This document shows, in pieces, positions 61,685 through 64,000 of a stretch of DNA of 64,000 nt (position 1 is its first letter; the number at the start of each line of letters is the position of its first letter). The notes under the pieces are model-generated. The model saw nothing but the letters and a program-made list of their open reading frames with translations. It did no database searches and was not told the DNA's origin. Source of the stretch: Hylemonella gracilis (lineage in GTDB: Bacteria; Pseudomonadota; Gammaproteobacteria; Burkholderiales; Burkholderiaceae_C); contig CAMAXR010000001.1 in assembly GCA_945862195.1 (NCBI GenBank), positions 6,337 through 70,336 on the forward strand, written 5' to 3'. Made by a program: the position numbers and the translations under genes.

Positions 61685-62553
61685 AAGAGCAACACGTCGA
61701 ATTTGTATCCCAAGGCCATCGCATGGTGGGCATCGTGCGCTGGCCCGACCAGTTGGATAATGCAACTCAGCACCCAGCCATGCTGGTGCTGCATGGCTTT
61801 GGCAGCAATATGTCTGCTGAAAACGTGCTGGGTCCCTGTGCCGAATTAGAGGCTATGGGCTACATCACCATGCGTTTTGACATGCCGGGCTGTGGCGGCA
61901 GCGAAGGTCCTCGCGGTCATTTAATTTGTATGGAACAGGTGCAATGCACCCAAGACGCGCTGACGTGCCTGATGCAGCAAACCAGCGTTAACCCCAAAGC
62001 CATTGGCGTCATGGGGTCCAGCTTTGGCGCTGCTGTTGCGGTGTATGCGGGTGCTGTAGACCAGCGGTTTGCCGCAGTGATTTCATCGGGGGGCTGGGGC
62101 CATGGTGAGCGCAAATTTAAGGGCCAGCACCCCACCCCAGAGGCCTGGAGCAAATTCACCCACATGCTGGAGCAAGGGCGTCAACACCGAGCCTCCACCG
62201 GGCAATCGCTGATGGTGCCGCGTATGGACATCGTGCCTATTCCGCAGGGTCTCAAGCGGCAAATTGTGCCGGGCTCTATTCAAGAATTTACGGCCGAAAC
62301 CGCACAAAGCATGTTTGACTTTAAGGCAGAAGAGGTGGTGCACCGCATCAGCCCCAGGCCATTGCTGTTGCTGCACAGTTCTAAAGATTCAGTGACGCCT
62401 ACCGAGCAATCCATTGCCATGTTTGGCCGCGCCCAGTTGCCGGTGGAACTCCACCTCTTTGCCGACACCGACCACTTTATGTTGGCCGAGGGCAATGAGC
62501 GGGTGTGGAATGTGGTGGGGGACTGGTTGTCTAAATTTCTGCCCAAACCTTAA
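61681..62553 (+). CDS. Alpha/beta hydrolase
   Basis: LHGFG, GGSEG, nucleophile elbow GSSFG, Asp in SSKDSV, His in TDHF. Confidence 0.9.
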   Translation: MKEQHVEFVSQGHRMVGIVRWPDQLDNATQHPAMLVLHGFGSNMSAENVLGPCAELEAMGYITMRFDMPGCGGSEGPRGHLICMEQVQCTQDALTCLMQQTSVNPKAIGVMGSSFGAAVAVYAGAVDQRFAAVISSGGWGHGERKFKGQHPTPEAWSKFTHMLEQGRQHRASTGQSLMVPRMDIVPIPQGLKRQIVPGSIQEFTAETAQSMFDFKAEEVVHRISPRPLLLLHSSKDSVTPTEQSIAMFGRAQLPVELHLFADTDHFMLAEGNERVWNVVGDWLSKFLPKP

Positions 62554-62569
62554 CTTGGAGCGCTTTGCC

Positions 62570-63535
62570 ATGTGGAGTCGTTTATTGAGTTCTTTGCTGT
62601 TGGCCTTGGCCAGCATGGGTTTGGTCTTTACCGCGTCGGCGCAAGACTACCCCTATAAACCTATCAAAATCATGGTGCCCTACCCACCGGGTGGAGTCAC
62701 AGATGTGGCTACCCGCATGGTGGCGCCCAAAATGAGCGAGACCTTAGGCCAGCCCATCATCATTGAAAACATTCCTGCCGCAGGCGGCGTGGTGGGCACC
62801 AATGCGGTGGCCAGAGCTGCACCCGACGGCTATACCCTGATGTCTGCCTTTGACAGCTTTGCCACCAACCCCTACATGTACAAAGGGGTTCAGCACGACC
62901 CCCTTAAAGACTTTGTGCCCATCTCGCTCATGGTTAAAAGCCCTCAGTTGTTGGTGGTGCATCCTGGCTCCGGCATCAAATCCATTGCAGACCTGATTCA
63001 GCAGGGCAAAGAAAAAAACAAAGTGTTTTTTTCAACCCCCGGGGCCGGTACTTCAAGCCGCTTGTCGGCGGAGCTGCTCAAGTCCATGGCGGGCATGGAC
63101 ATCACCTTAGTGTCCTACCGGGGCGGAGCTGCGGCTTTGAACGATTTGCTGGGCGGGCAGGTCACCGGCATGATCGCCTCCATGGGCTTGGTGTTGCCTC
63201 ATGTGCAGAGCGGCAAAATCTTGGCCATTGGAGTGTCGTCTCCAACGCGCTCGGCTCAGCAGCCCAATGTGCCCACTATTGCTTCAGTGATTCCTGGGTT
63301 TGAGGCCCAGTCTTGGACCGGCATGGTGGCACCTGCGGGCACACCTAAACCCATTCTCGACAAAGTTCATGCCGCATTGGTCAAAGCCTTAGCCAGCCCC
63401 GACGTTAAAGACAAATTGGCTGCACAAGGTATTGAAGTGGTGGGCTCCAGCTCTGCGGAATTTGCAGATTGGTTGCAAAAAGAAACCGTGCGTTGGAGCA
63501 AGGTCATCAAGGATCGGAGCATCACGCTCGAATAA
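62570..63535 (+). CDS. Bug/TctC solute receptor
   Basis: Sec-pathway signal peptide, VPYPPGGVTD, APDGYTL, SYRGG; RBS GGAG. Confidence 0.93.
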   Translation: MWSRLLSSLLLALASMGLVFTASAQDYPYKPIKIMVPYPPGGVTDVATRMVAPKMSETLGQPIIIENIPAAGGVVGTNAVARAAPDGYTLMSAFDSFATNPYMYKGVQHDPLKDFVPISLMVKSPQLLVVHPGSGIKSIADLIQQGKEKNKVFFSTPGAGTSSRLSAELLKSMAGMDITLVSYRGGAAALNDLLGGQVTGMIASMGLVLPHVQSGKILAIGVSSPTRSAQQPNVPTIASVIPGFEAQSWTGMVAPAGTPKPILDKVHAALVKALASPDVKDKLAAQGIEVVGSSSAEFADWLQKETVRWSKVIKDRSITLE

Positions 63536-64000
63536 TGAGGCGATGTTTTAGCCCTATCACTTCCCCTAGCCAATTAGGGCCCGGTGTTAGGCTGACACGT
63601 TACCGGGTGCTTTGCTCGGTATTGTGGTTCGGATTGGTGTTCGGGGGGCTGTGTTTAGGCGCGCCTGCTCAAGCCAAATCATTCAGCGGCAAAGTGCTCA
63701 GGGTGGTGGACGGAGACTCCATGGAGTTGCTGGACGCAAACGATGACGTGCTGCGCATTCGGCTTGAGGGTATTGACGCCCCAGAATGGAACCAGCCGTT
63801 TGGCGATGTGTCCAAAGCCTATTTGCGCCGAACCATTGAAGGCAAGACGGTTTGGGTCAACACTCGCAAGCAAGACGTGTACGGCCGCTGGGTAGCGCAG
63901 GTGCGTATCCGCAAAACCGATGTGAGTCTGTTGCAAGTGCAGCAGGGCTTAGCATGGGTGTTTCGCCGCTATGAACACGAGCTCACAGAGCCACAGCGGC
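63535..64000 (+). CDS. Thermonuclease (staphylococcal nuclease family), truncated by window end
   Basis: Absent from ORF track. TAATG overlap, signal-like segment, VVDGDS, IRLEGIDAPE..QPFG, DVYGR, GLAWVF. Confidence 0.9.
   Translation, partial: MRRCFSPITSPSQLGPGVRLTRYRVLCSVLWFGLVFGGLCLGAPAQAKSFSGKVLRVVDGDSMELLDANDDVLRIRLEGIDAPEWNQPFGDVSKAYLRRTIEGKTVWVNTRKQDVYGRWVAQVRIRKTDVSLLQVQQGLAWVFRRYEHELTEPQR

Noticed and set aside
47426-64000. Prophage or integrative element at tRNA-Pro
   Set aside because: No integrase, transposase or phage gene, and I saw no duplicated tRNA 3' end; a boundary beyond the window cannot be excluded.
1-64000. CRISPR array, rRNA, or recognisable riboswitch (Moco, TPP, glycine, c-di-GMP)
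   Set aside because: No spaced direct repeats, and no intergenic region showed the conserved cores by eye; an Infernal/Rfam scan would be decisive.

Overview
Chromosomal window from a Burkholderiales bacterium, probably Comamonadaceae (inferred from gene content and order). Most of it is core genome: surE-pcm-nlpD-rpoS-exonuclease-rlmD; an MCP; tonB-exbB-exbD; ppsR/ppsA; rpsF-priB-rpsR-rplI-dnaB; PIN-PhoH; bcp; alaA-hom-thrC-moeA-moaD-moaE; clpB; thrS-infC-rpmI-rplT-pheS-pheT-ihfA-merR-tRNA-Pro. After tRNA-Pro(GGG) lies an accessory-looking block. It holds a broken MCP remnant, then a selenocysteine formate dehydrogenase (fdnG with in-frame TGA and SECIS, fdnH, fdnI, fdhE) and selA-selB-tRNA-Sec. 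These run directly into a GcvH/LbpA-like lipoyl carrier, a DsrE-like protein and a YdjA-like nitroreductase. Next come an uncharacterised aromatic ring-cleavage cluster with two Bug/TctC receptors and a thermonuclease cut by the window end. Best candidates for undescribed biology: (1) the lipoyl-carrier/DsrE/nitroreductase module attached to the Sec-FDH locus, with no fdhD or selD in the window; (2) a 20-codon uORF ending SRWR-stop inside a terminator upstream of PIN-PhoH. Also noted: a LigW-like decarboxylase plus Bug gene between moaE and clpB, a phased array of degenerate DnaA boxes before dnaB, a perfect FNR-type box before clpB, a sigma28-type promoter on a hypothetical lipoprotein, and a DUF4212-symporter fusion. 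No CRISPR array, integrase or transposase was seen. Family assignments come from motif recognition, not database searches.
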